DNA from: Simkaniaceae bacterium
Lineage (GTDB): Bacteria; Chlamydiota; Chlamydiia; Chlamydiales; JAJFMI01
Assembly (NCBI GenBank): GCA_040880145.1
Contig: JBBDIZ010000024.1
Coordinates: forward strand, 24,009 to 88,008
Reading direction: 5' to 3'
DNA length: 64,000 nucleotides
Part shown: positions 17,967 to 27,564 of the stretch, one piece after another
How positions within the stretch are numbered: the stretch's first letter is position 1
Layout: each line of letters starts with the position of its first letter
Made by a program: the position numbers and the translations under genes
The notes under the pieces: model-generated
The model's input: only the letters and a program-made list of their open reading frames with translations
Database searches by the model: none
What the model was told of the DNA's origin: nothing

Positions 17967-19319
17967 TTACTCTTTGAATTCTTTGTGAACGCTTCCATTG
18001 AGCTCGACCCCTGCAAAACGCAGGAGGGTTTCGTAGCGAAGCGCCTTATTAGAAGGGGGGGTGGGATCTGAACTATTTTGTTGAATTTCGGGCTTAGGCG
18101 GTAAGCTCTTGACAGAGGGGGCAGGAGTAGGAGCAGGCTTAGGCGGCAAGCTTTTGACAGCGGGGGCGGGGGCTTCTTTCAGCTGCATTTCTAAAGCGGT
18201 AAGGCGGGAAAAGAGAGATTCAATCGATATGCGGTTCTTGCTCCTTATGAGGTGGAGTAAGATGATCTCTAGCTCATAGCGCTTTAAAGATCGTTTCTGT
18301 TGTTTTGTGCTCCATTCAATGAGATAGTCGAGGATATAAAGAAGGTGCTCTTCAGCGTAGCCTTCATTGAGCTCTCTGTAAGTTTTAAGCTCAATGGGCG
18401 AGAGCATAGGGACCTCACCGCCAAGTTTAATGGAAAGGTGCAGTCGAAAATGTTCGGAAATTGAGCGGATAAAGTGGTTGAGATCGATACCGCTTTGATA
18501 GAGTGAATCGGAGAGTTCAAATGCTTTTTTTAAGTGATGCTCCAGGATCGCTTTGTCAAGTGCAAAAAAAGGCTCTTTTGAAGGAAGGCCAATGAGCTTA
18601 ATTACGAGCTCTTCAGTAATGGGGCCTTCGCAGCTCATAAGCATTTGATCGAGTAAAGACTCGGCATCGCGAAGAGAGCCTTCGCTTAAGCTCGCAATAA
18701 GAGCTAAGGCAGCCTCATCAACAGAAGCATCCATTTCATTGAGTATGGTTTTTAAAGTTTGAATAATGAGACGCTCTGGAATTCTTTTTAAATCAAATCT
18801 TTGGGTGCGGCTTAATATGGTAGGAAGGATTTTATGCGGCTCTGTAGTTGCAAAGAAAAATTTCACTTTTTCAGGAGGCTCCTCAAGCGTTTTGAGAAGA
18901 GCGTTAAAGGCCTCTTTTGTCAACATGTGAACTTCGTCGATAATGTAAATTTTAAAGCGGCCATTTGATGGAGTGTAACTGACGCTTTCATTGATCTGGC
19001 GAATGTCATCGATTCCGCGGTTTGAGGCGCCATCGATCTCGATCACATCCAAGGAGCGTCCTTCTTTGATCTCTCTACAGGATGTGCAACGGTTGCAGGG
19101 TTCTTTTTTACCCTCATTTTCCTGGCAATTCAGCGCTTTTGCAAGAAGGCGGGCGAGTGTGGTTTTTCCTGTGCCTCTAAGGCCTGAAAACAGGTAAGCA
19201 TGACAAACACGCTCTAATTTTAAAGCCTGCATGAGCGTTTGGGTAATCGGCTCTTGGCCGACAACTTCAGAAAAACGTTGGGGGCGCCACTTGCGCGCAA
19301 TGACTTCATAAGATTTCAT
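17967..19319 (-). CDS. dnaX: DNA polymerase III subunit gamma/tau
   Basis: ARKWRPQRF, GTGKTT, EIDGASNRG, IIDEVHML; start placed at MKSYEV. Confidence 0.95.
   Translation of the reverse strand: MKSYEVIARKWRPQRFSEVVGQEPITQTLMQALKLERVCHAYLFSGLRGTGKTTLARLLAKALNCQENEGKKEPCNRCTSCREIKEGRSLDVIEIDGASNRGIDDIRQINESVSYTPSNGRFKIYIIDEVHMLTKEAFNALLKTLEEPPEKVKFFFATTEPHKILPTILSRTQRFDLKRIPERLIIQTLKTILNEMDASVDEAALALIASLSEGSLRDAESLLDQMLMSCEGPITEELVIKLIGLPSKEPFFALDKAILEHHLKKAFELSDSLYQSGIDLNHFIRSISEHFRLHLSIKLGGEVPMLSPIELKTYRELNEGYAEEHLLYILDYLIEWSTKQQKRSLKRYELEIILLHLIRSKNRISIESLFSRLTALEMQLKEAPAPAVKSLPPKPAPTPAPSVKSLPPKPEIQQNSSDPTPPSNKALRYETLLRFAGVELNGSVHKEFKE
18091..18172. repeat. 45-bp-period duplication in the dnaX Pro-rich linker
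   Basis: GGCTTAGGCGG(T/C)AAGCT(C/T)TTGACAG at 18091 and 18136; encodes VKSLPPKP twice. Confidence 0.8.
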
Positions 19320-19436
19320 ATTTTTCCCATTGTACAAAATAAGGACAATTATGAGCTAGATTATAGCTCAGTTTGCGGGGAATCCAGAAAGGGAGTAAAA
19401 TGGGCTTATTGACGATAACGAAGAGATAAAACAAAT

Positions 19437-21563
19437 ATGACAGAGGGTGAAAAAGAACCCCCAAAGCCCTCGAAATTAAAAGCTTGGATGAGCGAAAAAG
19501 AACGTGGCAAGAGGCTTTTTATCGCCTTTTTACTGCTTCTTTCTCTTGCTCTCTTTCTTCATTTTCGTGAGGTCAGGGTGGAAACGCTCGATCCGGATAC
19601 GGCAGCTCAACGCTATGTGGTAGCGCAAGTTGACTTTGAATTTCCTGATGAAGAGTCCTCTACGATGATCAGAAGACAAGCTTCAAGCGCGATTGGACCC
19701 ATTTATCGACTCGATACGGAAACGGTCCAGAGTTATCGGCTCAATTTTGAAAAAGAGATCGTTTCGGATCCATCTTGGAGAGCCATTATTGAAGGCGATG
19801 GCTTTGATGTCATTTATAACGCTTCTGAAAAGGTGGAAGAAATCCTTTTGGAGAGTCAGTTCACGGATCCAAGAACACTGCAGAAAATTAAAGAGCTTTC
19901 GATTTCTACAAGAAATTTTCAGCCCTTGGTCGAAATTCAAACGGAAGAAGCCGTTGTTTTACCGCGAGAATATTGGCAACGAATTCTTCAAGATCTTCCA
20001 AAATCGAACAACAATTTAGGAAAAGCTATTCAAAGTGCTGTTGCCTATTTTTCGAAACATGACTACCAACTTGTCCGCGATACCTATACCCAAGAGGCGA
20101 TAAAGGAAGTCATCGAAGCGAAAATCCCCCCTAAATATTCTAAAGTCAAGGCAGGCTCGCCCATTATCAATCAGGGGCAAAAAGTGACCCCCCGCCATTT
20201 AGCCATGCTTCAAGGAATGAAGCAGGCACTTGCCGAGAAGCAATCCCTTTGGCGGCCAACACCCATTATTGGAAGTCTGATCTTTGCCCTTATTATTCTC
20301 TCGCTCGGGGCCTTTTATTTTGCGGCAAATCAACCGGAATTTTTTCGCTCAACAAAAAATTTATCTCTATTTGCAACAATCGTCATTCTTACACTTATCA
20401 TTGCAAAAGTGACCGAATACTTTATGATCCACAACGTCAATCACTTAATTGATGACGTTCGTTATCCTCTTTTTGTTCCCTTTGCGGCCATCCTCCTTGC
20501 CGTCTTAATCAATAGTGAAATCGCTTTTTTCACTTCTGTTTTTTTAAGTGTGATTATTGGGATCAGTTTAGCATTCGAACATAATCGTATGCTTGTATTG
20601 AATTTAATCACCGGTATTGTAGCGATTGTTACGACCCGAAACTTAAGCAAGAGAAAGGAGGTTTTTGCAGTCTCTGCAAAGGTTTGGCTTGTCTCTATAC
20701 CGATTTTAATTGGATACAATTTCATTGAAAATCTCTTTTTCAATGTCACAACATTTACAGATATTTCAAGCTCGCTGATTTTTATGGTGATAACGGCGAT
20801 ATTAATTGTTGGGGTTTTGCCTATTTTAGAGTCCATATTCCATGTGATGACCGATATCACCCTCATGGAGTACATGGATCCAAATAATGAGCTTCTAAGA
20901 AGATTGAGCATTGAAGCGCCCGGAACCTATCAGCACAGCCTGGTAGTCGGTTCGCTTTCCGAGGCTGCGGCGCAAGCGATTGGAGCTAACGGTCTTTTCT
21001 GCCGCGTTTCAACGCTCTATCACGATATCGGAAAACTCATGAATCCTCACTATTTCACAGAGAATCAAATGGGAGGATTTAATATTCATCAACTCCTAAC
21101 TCCACAAGAGTCTACTCAGGTGATTATCGCTCACGTCCCAGAGGGTGTTGCCTTAGCAAAAAAACATGGATTGCCCGAGGGCATTATCGATGTGATCAAG
21201 CAGCATCATGGAACCACTCTTGTCTATTACTTTTACTGCAAGATGGTGGAGCAGATGGGAGGGGATACCGATGCTGTTGAAGAAGCAAAATTCCGCTACC
21301 CCGGACCCAAACCTCGATCGAAAGAATCTGCCATTATCATGATAGCCGATACCGTTGAAGCCGCTTCACGCTCAGTTGAAGATCCTTCTGAAGATTCTTT
21401 GAATGAAATGGTAGAAAGGCTTGTTTCAGATAAGGCTGATGAAGGTCAATTTGATGAGTGTCAGTTGACTTTTGAAGAACTTGGAATCGTGAAGAAGACC
21501 ATTGTGAGAACTTTAGCGGTTACTCGGCATTTGCGCGTGAAGTATCCAGAACGAAAACGATAG
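19437..21563 (+). CDS. 7TM-HD (HDIG) phosphohydrolase, PgpH-like cyclic-di-AMP phosphodiesterase
   Basis: Extracellular domain plus TM bundle plus EAPGTYQHS, YHDIGK, QHHGT, FRYPGPKP, ADTVEAASRS. Confidence 0.88.
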   Translation: MTEGEKEPPKPSKLKAWMSEKERGKRLFIAFLLLLSLALFLHFREVRVETLDPDTAAQRYVVAQVDFEFPDEESSTMIRRQASSAIGPIYRLDTETVQSYRLNFEKEIVSDPSWRAIIEGDGFDVIYNASEKVEEILLESQFTDPRTLQKIKELSISTRNFQPLVEIQTEEAVVLPREYWQRILQDLPKSNNNLGKAIQSAVAYFSKHDYQLVRDTYTQEAIKEVIEAKIPPKYSKVKAGSPIINQGQKVTPRHLAMLQGMKQALAEKQSLWRPTPIIGSLIFALIILSLGAFYFAANQPEFFRSTKNLSLFATIVILTLIIAKVTEYFMIHNVNHLIDDVRYPLFVPFAAILLAVLINSEIAFFTSVFLSVIIGISLAFEHNRMLVLNLITGIVAIVTTRNLSKRKEVFAVSAKVWLVSIPILIGYNFIENLFFNVTTFTDISSSLIFMVITAILIVGVLPILESIFHVMTDITLMEYMDPNNELLRRLSIEAPGTYQHSLVVGSLSEAAAQAIGANGLFCRVSTLYHDIGKLMNPHYFTENQMGGFNIHQLLTPQESTQVIIAHVPEGVALAKKHGLPEGIIDVIKQHHGTTLVYYFYCKMVEQMGGDTDAVEEAKFRYPGPKPRSKESAIIMIADTVEAASRSVEDPSEDSLNEMVERLVSDKADEGQFDECQLTFEELGIVKKTIVRTLAVTRHLRVKYPERKR

Positions 21564-21567
21564 AAGT

Positions 21568-22371
21568 CTAATATTTTTTGTCCGGATATCGGTCGCAAAT
21601 CGATTTTTTTAAGATTTTTTCAATGATTATATCAGGGATCAGCCAACGCGAAAGAAAGAGAGCAAATCGGTAGCGCCAGTCAAAAATATAGAGGCGTTTT
21701 TCTTTTTGAATTTGTTTTAAAATCAATTTCGAGGCTTTAGAGGGAGAAAGCGCTTGCTTAGTCGGGTGCTGGGGGTAGTTTTTGGCAGCTTTTAATCGAA
21801 AGGCTGTTTCAATCTGTCCCGGGCATGCGGTTAAAATACGAATTCCAAACGGAGCCATCTCTTTGTCAAATCCAAGTGAAAAATTTGTGACAAAGGCTTT
21901 TGAGGCGCTATAGACACAAAAAGTGGGGTAGGAAAAAAAACTTGCGGCAGAAGAGATATTGAGGATCACTCCTTTTTTTTGTTTGTTTTTCATAAACCGC
22001 GCTGCAGAAAGAGTTAATTCAAGAGTTGCTCTCGCATTGATATCTAAAATAGAGAGCTGCTCTTTAGTGCTGTGCATCAACGCCGGACCATAGAGACCGA
22101 TCCCTGCATTGTTGATTAAGAGATCAATATCCTGCTCATTCATGAGTGCCGTGAGTTCTTGACAGGTCTTAGGCTCTTTTAAATCTCCGAGGTGGGTAAT
22201 CACTTCTGTTTTTTTTCGCAATATTTGAGCGATTTCATAGAGCTGGGATTGATCTTTTGCGGTTAAGATCAGTTTTGTATTAAAGTTTGCAAGCCGCTCT
22301 CCAACGTGAAGGGCAATCTCTGATGTGGCGCCCGTAATGAGGGCTGTTTTGATTTTTTCACAATTCATCAA
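21568..22371 (-). CDS. SDR family oxidoreductase
   Basis: ALITGATSEIA, LINNAGIG, YSASK. Confidence 0.9.
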   Translation of the reverse strand: MMNCEKIKTALITGATSEIALHVGERLANFNTKLILTAKDQSQLYEIAQILRKKTEVITHLGDLKEPKTCQELTALMNEQDIDLLINNAGIGLYGPALMHSTKEQLSILDINARATLELTLSAARFMKNKQKKGVILNISSAASFFSYPTFCVYSASKAFVTNFSLGFDKEMAPFGIRILTACPGQIETAFRLKAAKNYPQHPTKQALSPSKASKLILKQIQKEKRLYIFDWRYRFALFLSRWLIPDIIIEKILKKSICDRYPDKKY

Positions 22372-24070
22372 TTAACTTTTTAACTTTTTTTTCTAGATCC
22401 AAATCAGCTTCTTCAATGGCTTTTTGGATTGGCTTAGTGATCTCTTTTTGAGTTTGTGCATAAATTTTGAGTTTGGGTTCTGTGCCGGAGGGTCTGAAAA
22501 TAAAACGATTATGGTCTTTTAAATGGAAGGCAATGACATCTGACTTTGGTAAAGGAAGAGGCTCCTTTGTTCCTTCTTTTAAATTAAGGCGCTCTTGATT
22601 CAGGTAGTCATCAATCGAGGCAACCTCCACTCCAGAGAGCTTGCTTGGAGGATGGTTTCTTAGCTGCATCATCTTTTCGCTCATCTTCTTTTTACCTTCG
22701 ACTCCCTCGAAGTTTTTTGAGAGCATGACATTTCGATAGAGACCATACTTTTCATAAATGAGATGGAGAAGATCGATAAGCGTTAAGCCTTCTTTTTTGA
22801 GTTGCAAAGCGATTTCAGCGAGAAGGAGGTTGGCTGAGACTCCATCTTTATCGCGTGCGTAAGGCCCAAGTAGATAACCTTGAGACTCTTCCGCTCCAAA
22901 AAGAAATTTATACTTCTGATTACCCTCTTCCCATTCATGTATCTTTTCCCCGATATATTTAAAGCCCGTGAGGACTTCAAAACATTTTTGATGAAAAGCT
23001 TCACTGATGATCTTAAGCAGCGATGTTGTGACTATGGTTGTACAGACCGCACCCTTTTTAGGGAGGCTTTTGTTGATTTCATGGGAGTTTAAAATGTGAT
23101 AGAGAAGAATGAGGGCCATTTCATTCCCATTTAATTGTCTTGGCACGCTTTTGTGGAAGACGACGCAGCCAATGCGATCTGCATCAGGGTCATTAGAGAG
23201 GAATAGGTCCGCTTCTTCTTTAATCATTTGTTCAATGCCGAGTTGTAGAGCGTTTCTCTCTTCAGGATTTGGAAAAGGGGCGTTGGGGAAATTCCCGTCG
23301 GGGGTTGATTGCTGCTTCACTAGTGAGAGGGTTGTAAACCCGGCTTCTTTAAGGGCTAAAGGGGTCAGGGTAATTCCTGCGCCATGAAGAGGGGAGTAGA
23401 TAATTTTTAATTCATGGCCGGTACGTCGATTTTCATCGCGATAGAATTGATAAGGCAAGATTGCTTCGATAAAAGTTTTGTCAAAAGAGGCGTCTACCCA
23501 TTCAAATTCATCTTTAAGAGCGATTGCAAAAGGATCGGTAATTTTTTTGACCTCATCCACAATCCCCAGGTCGTGAGGGGAAACGACTTGTGCTCCATCA
23601 GCCCAATAGACCTTATAGCCATTATATTCGGGAGGATTGTGAGAGGCTGTAATCATGATGCCGGCAGAGCAGCCATACTGCCTAACCCCAAAGGAGACGA
23701 TGGGAGTGGGACGAAGCTCCTTTGTGACATAGGCTTTCACTCCATCTGCCGCTAAAACTTGCGCCGCCTCAATGGCAAACTCCCGCGAGTGGTGGCGATT
23801 ATCGTAGCTAATAAAAACTTTTGGATTTTTAAAAAATCGCTTTAGATAAAGAGAGAGACCCTTTGTTGCCATCCGAATGGTGTATCGATTCAGACGTCCA
23901 AAGCCGACCCCCATTTTCTCTCGGACGCCGCCAGTACCAAAGCTTAGGGGTTCTGAAAAAGCCGATTGGAGCTCTGATGGATCTTCTTTTTGAAGGCGTA
24001 GAATTTCATCACGCATTGACTGCTCAATTGGACCTTGAAGCCAGCTCTCAACATTTTTTGAAAAAGACAT
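22358..24070 (-). CDS. Phosphoglucomutase/phosphomannomutase
   Basis: FGTGG, ITASHNPPEYNGYK, DPDADR, FRPSGTEPKLK. Confidence 0.93.
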   Translation of the reverse strand: MSFSKNVESWLQGPIEQSMRDEILRLQKEDPSELQSAFSEPLSFGTGGVREKMGVGFGRLNRYTIRMATKGLSLYLKRFFKNPKVFISYDNRHHSREFAIEAAQVLAADGVKAYVTKELRPTPIVSFGVRQYGCSAGIMITASHNPPEYNGYKVYWADGAQVVSPHDLGIVDEVKKITDPFAIALKDEFEWVDASFDKTFIEAILPYQFYRDENRRTGHELKIIYSPLHGAGITLTPLALKEAGFTTLSLVKQQSTPDGNFPNAPFPNPEERNALQLGIEQMIKEEADLFLSNDPDADRIGCVVFHKSVPRQLNGNEMALILLYHILNSHEINKSLPKKGAVCTTIVTTSLLKIISEAFHQKCFEVLTGFKYIGEKIHEWEEGNQKYKFLFGAEESQGYLLGPYARDKDGVSANLLLAEIALQLKKEGLTLIDLLHLIYEKYGLYRNVMLSKNFEGVEGKKKMSEKMMQLRNHPPSKLSGVEVASIDDYLNQERLNLKEGTKEPLPLPKSDVIAFHLKDHNRFIFRPSGTEPKLKIYAQTQKEITKPIQKAIEEADLDLEKKVKKLIDEL

Positions 24071-24139
24071 TTCATTTGCCTATAACCATCTTTTCTTACT
24101 ATAGCTCAAAACTTATGCTGAGATAAAGCAAATTAATGA

Positions 24140-24188
24140 TATACCGAAAATGATTCAAAATCCCAAATTTTGAATCATTTTCGGTATA
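24140..24188. repeat. 49-bp perfect hairpin, TATACCGAAA-family variant
   Basis: TATACCGAAAATGATTCAAAAT-CCCAA-ATTTTGAATCATTTTCGGTATA (22-bp arms). Confidence 0.85.
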
Positions 24189-24211
24189 TAGGCAAGATAG
24201 ATATTTGGCAA

Positions 24212-24532
24212 TTAAGCGCAGCAGCAGTAAACAAGAATAAGAAAAATCAAAATAGCAGGTAATCCACCTGCGACTAATAGGGTTGCCGTGTAAGCGAATA
24301 CAGCAAAAGAGATAGAAATCATCAGCACAGTAAGAACCACGCATCCGAGAATAAACAGTCCAGTGATCATTAGGCAGCTACACCCTGCAGTAAGTTCCAT
24401 GCAATCGTTAGCAGCAGAGCTAATGTCTAGATCGAAGAGGTTCGAATTCTGAACGTTCTCATCATCTTGCAAAGCATGTGATATATATATGTTTTGGGCT
24501 TGTGGTGAATTTAAACTGTTCTCTACACCCAT
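24212..24532 (-). CDS. Small membrane protein with long bilobed hydrophobic C-terminus ending CCCA (Inc-like)
   Basis: 106-aa ORF, AGAGG RBS, about 55 contiguous hydrophobic residues. Confidence 0.7.
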   Translation of the reverse strand: MGVENSLNSPQAQNIYISHALQDDENVQNSNLFDLDISSAANDCMELTAGCSCLMITGLFILGCVVLTVLMISISFAVFAYTATLLVAGGLPAILIFLILVYCCCA

Positions 24533-24582
24533 AAGAAACCTCTTTTTTTGGATAATTTCTCATATTTTAAGATTATGTTTAT

Positions 24583-25004
24583 TTAAAACCAAGAATTTTT
24601 TTTTTTGACGTGGGTGCAAAACTGCAGTGCCGCTCCTATAGTCGATTAAATCTTAAATGATAAAAATGGACTCAGCGAGACAAAGCTAAATAAAGCCGCA
24701 GGGCATAGGCCGACGAAGCCTTGCCCAAGTGGGCGAGATGAGGAGAAGGATCCATTTAGCAAAGTCGTAGCAAGTTCATTTTTATCATTTAAAATTTAAT
24801 CGACTATAACAGAACAAACGATGCAGAAAATTGCAGCTAATATAGTACAAAAGTTTAAAGAAGGAGAGGCGAAAAATGCACTAAAAGCTTTTTTTTTAGC
24901 TCCTGAGCCTTGTTCAGAAAACTGAATTTACTATCATCCTCTTCTTGAGAAAGATTATAATTATTTATAAAACTATTTTTTTCAATTATATTTGAATTGT
25001 TCAT
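24583..25004 (-). pseudogene. Probable broken Inc-like gene (frameshift at A9 tract plus MITE insertion)
   Basis: ATG at 25004 gives MNNSNIIEKNSF...ELKK; adding one A in the A9 run gives AFSAFFASPSLNFCTILAAIFCIVCSVI, which is cut by the 172-bp MITE. Confidence 0.5.
24637..24808. mobile_element. 172-bp MITE, copy 1 (Correia-like termini)
   Basis: TIRs TATAGTCGATTAAATCTTAAATGATAAAAATGGACT (36 bp, 2 mismatches); near-identical inverted copy at 27386-27557. Confidence 0.9.
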
Positions 25005-25034
25005 CTTTCAACCTAATTAATTATTAAGATAAAG

Positions 25035-25607
25035 TTACACACTCAAGCAAAGTTGCACACTCAAGATTACGGTAAAAATACAGAATAAAGCTAGAAAAAA
25101 GAAACCGGCTAGAAACAAGTAAATAGAGGGAAAGACGATACAAAAAATCATAAATGTAAAATAACAAACCAAAGAGAGAATCATAAATAATACAGTATAA
25201 ACGACGAAATCACAGGTAGAGCATAAAGATTCTTCTGCTTCTTCTATGGATTCGGCATATGTGAACTTGTAACCTTCGTTTAGATAAGCCTTTTTAGCTT
25301 GTTCGATTTGACTCTTCTCAAAAAGCTCTGTAACTTTAAATGTTGCTTTAGAAGGGTTCTGAAAAGAAGACAAAAGAAACTTTTTTTGAAACTTAAGCGG
25401 ATAGGTTAAATCATCGCTGTTGTTATCAGCATCATTTCTTACAAAAAAAAGAATATCTTTATTTTTTATTTTAAAATTATTTACAGAAAAAGAGAGATCA
25501 GGATCAATTTCAGGAGAATTATAGGATCGGAAAAGATCTTCAACCTCTAAAAAAAGGTTTTTATTAACGACATAATCAGAGGTAATAGGATATAGAATTG
25601 ATTTCAT
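25035..25607 (-). CDS. AT-rich orphan protein with C-terminal bilobed hydrophobic domain ending CLSV (Inc-like)
   Basis: 190-aa ORF; last ~58 aa hydrophobic. Confidence 0.7.
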   Translation of the reverse strand: MKSILYPITSDYVVNKNLFLEVEDLFRSYNSPEIDPDLSFSVNNFKIKNKDILFFVRNDADNNSDDLTYPLKFQKKFLLSSFQNPSKATFKVTELFEKSQIEQAKKAYLNEGYKFTYAESIEEAEESLCSTCDFVVYTVLFMILSLVCYFTFMIFCIVFPSIYLFLAGFFFLALFCIFTVILSVQLCLSV

Positions 25608-25666
25608 GTTAATAATTATTATGCAATATCTTGATAAAAAAATCGAGAAAAAAATAATTACCCCTA

Positions 25667-26065
25667 TTATTGGCGATCTAAAATTTCTTCTTCAGTGAGG
25701 AGGGGGGCATCCTTGTGGTTGATTCCTTCGCAAGACTTGGCTGCTTCATCCCAATTTTTTTGGCTTTTAAGGATAGAGGGCCAAAAGGGAAATGTGCGGC
25801 ATTGCTTGGGGCGGGCATCATAAAGGGAGCATTTTGTGCTTTTTAGGAAAATGCAGGCATACGTTGCGGGATCCTCAAGGAGTGAAATTTTCTTTCCTAC
25901 TTGGCGGGTGTAGCGGCGTAAAAAAGCCTCTTCGCTTAGATTTAAATGTTTGGATAGAAGTGAGATATCTTCTTCTGTCAGCCAGACATATCCCGGAGCC
26001 CCTGTGCAGCAAGCGCCGCAGGCAGTGCAGCCGAAGTGCAGGCCTTCTTTATACCATGAGCTCAA
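25667..26065 (-). CDS. YkgJ family cysteine-cluster protein
   Basis: CTACGACC, CIFL, CSLYDARPKQCRTFPFW. Confidence 0.9.
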   Translation of the reverse strand: MSSWYKEGLHFGCTACGACCTGAPGYVWLTEEDISLLSKHLNLSEEAFLRRYTRQVGKKISLLEDPATYACIFLKSTKCSLYDARPKQCRTFPFWPSILKSQKNWDEAAKSCEGINHKDAPLLTEEEILDRQ

Positions 26066-26942
26066 AACTTGCGCTCCTGTCTAATAACCAGCTTGCCGGG
26101 CTGCGCTCTTTGGATGTGAATGTCTGAACCAAGAGTTGGGTTTTTGAAAGAGTTAAGAGGTTCCATGAACCATTATGGAGCTTCGAAATGCTTCCTGGAT
26201 CGAGGATGATAGGGAGGTGATTAGAGCGGAGATCTGCGCAAATTTGTCTATGAGTATGGCCATGAAGGTAGAGTTGAATTCGTAAATCACCTCGAATGCG
26301 TTTCTCTAATAAATCGCCTCCTTCCATATTTCGTTTTTTTTTATCATTAGCGAAAAAGGGAAAGTGGTTCAAAAGAATAATTTTGGCATCTTTTGGAACA
26401 TCGGCTAGTACTTTTTTGAGTTTTTCATCGATTTCAGGGGAGTATTTTCCATTGGAAAGAAAGAGAGAGGTCGAGAGTGTCGTGTCTAATGCGATAATCC
26501 AAAACCCTTCTTTAAACTCAAAGGCGGCTACTTTATCTTTTTCTAAAGAAAACCGATGGCGCTGTTGAGTTGGAAAATCATTTTTAAAATAGTGGTAAAA
26601 GCGCCGTGTTCGATCGGAAAATCGGGTGTAATGGTCATGGTTCCCAGGAATTAGGAAGGTGTGGATGCCTCTTTTTTTGACTTCATCGATAAAAATACGC
26701 GCTAGTTGATACTCGCTTTTTTGCGATGTAGTCGTTAAGTCCCCTGTAATCAAGAGGTCAGTCACTCCTTGATTTTTCAAAAAATCCGGGAGCATTTTGA
26801 CTTTCTCATTGATGTAGAGACGCCCTCTTTTTAAGAGCAGATTGGCAGAGCCAAGCCACCGCTTTGAAAAAAACTGAAGAGGGCTAAAACAAAATTTTGA
26901 AAAATGCACATCTGAGATATGCGCTATCCGAATCTCACTCAT
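26049..26942 (-). CDS. Calcineurin-like metallophosphoesterase (Icc-like)
   Basis: HISDVH, TGDL, PGNHD, LHGHTH. Confidence 0.88.
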   Translation of the reverse strand: MSEIRIAHISDVHFSKFCFSPLQFFSKRWLGSANLLLKRGRLYINEKVKMLPDFLKNQGVTDLLITGDLTTTSQKSEYQLARIFIDEVKKRGIHTFLIPGNHDHYTRFSDRTRRFYHYFKNDFPTQQRHRFSLEKDKVAAFEFKEGFWIIALDTTLSTSLFLSNGKYSPEIDEKLKKVLADVPKDAKIILLNHFPFFANDKKKRNMEGGDLLEKRIRGDLRIQLYLHGHTHRQICADLRSNHLPIILDPGSISKLHNGSWNLLTLSKTQLLVQTFTSKERSPASWLLDRSASFELMV

Positions 26943-26972
26943 TTGAGAAGCAGTATAGCAAAATCGGCGATA

Positions 26973-27365
26973 TTATGCGCTTTTTTTCTGATGGTCAAGC
27001 TTATGCTGCAATTTGTGGGATCGATCTCTCGATTGTATTTTTACGACTTCATTCCACTGTTTCCCTTCGGGATGGATGCCTGCAGGCCCTGTCGCATAAT
27101 CGATTTCAATACCGGGCTGTTGGCGTTTTGACCGTTTTTTCTTTCCTTTAGCCTTCTTTTGTTGCATGTTTTTTTCGAGAGAATGAAGCTTCTGGCTCAG
27201 CTTCTCTTCTTTCTTTAATTTCTCTTTATCTAAATTTTTATTATGAAAATCTTTTTTTAGATTTTCTAAAGAGAATGTTTCGCTATCTTTTTGATAGTCA
27301 AGGCTTTGGCTTTTACGAACCATTTTGCGTCGAACTTGATTTCGACGATGGGGCGAGTTCTTCAT
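26973..27365 (-). CDS. Hypothetical very basic protein
   Basis: 130-aa Lys/Arg-rich ORF with GGAGG RBS. Confidence 0.65.
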   Translation of the reverse strand: MKNSPHRRNQVRRKMVRKSQSLDYQKDSETFSLENLKKDFHNKNLDKEKLKKEEKLSQKLHSLEKNMQQKKAKGKKKRSKRQQPGIEIDYATGPAGIHPEGKQWNEVVKIQSRDRSHKLQHKLDHQKKSA

Positions 27366-27385
27366 AATAAACCTCCGTAAAGTAC

Positions 27386-27557
27386 TATAGTCGATTGAAT
27401 CTTAAATGATAAAAATGGACTTGCTGTGACTTTGCTAAATTGATCCTTCTCCTCACCTTGCCCACTCGGGCAAGGCTTCGTCGGTCGGAGCCCTGCGGTT
27501 CAATTTAGCTTTGTCTCGCTGAGTCCATTTTTATCATTTAAGATTCAATCGACTATA
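27386..27557. mobile_element. 172-bp MITE, copy 2 (inverted relative to copy 1)
   Basis: Perfect 36-bp TIRs TATAGTCGATTGAATCTTAAATGATAAAAATGGACT; internal hairpin CCTTGCCC-ACTC-GGGCAAGG. Confidence 0.92.
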
Positions 27558-27564
27558 TTGTTTA

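Noticed and set aside
24099..24344. 81-aa ORF overlapping the Inc-like gene
   Set aside because: Alternate-frame ORF crossing the 49-bp hairpin; no support as a gene
26049..26942. Calling the metallophosphoesterase LpxG/LpxH
   Set aside because: The motifs only support the generic calcineurin-like family; position next to groEL3 fits the icc-like gene
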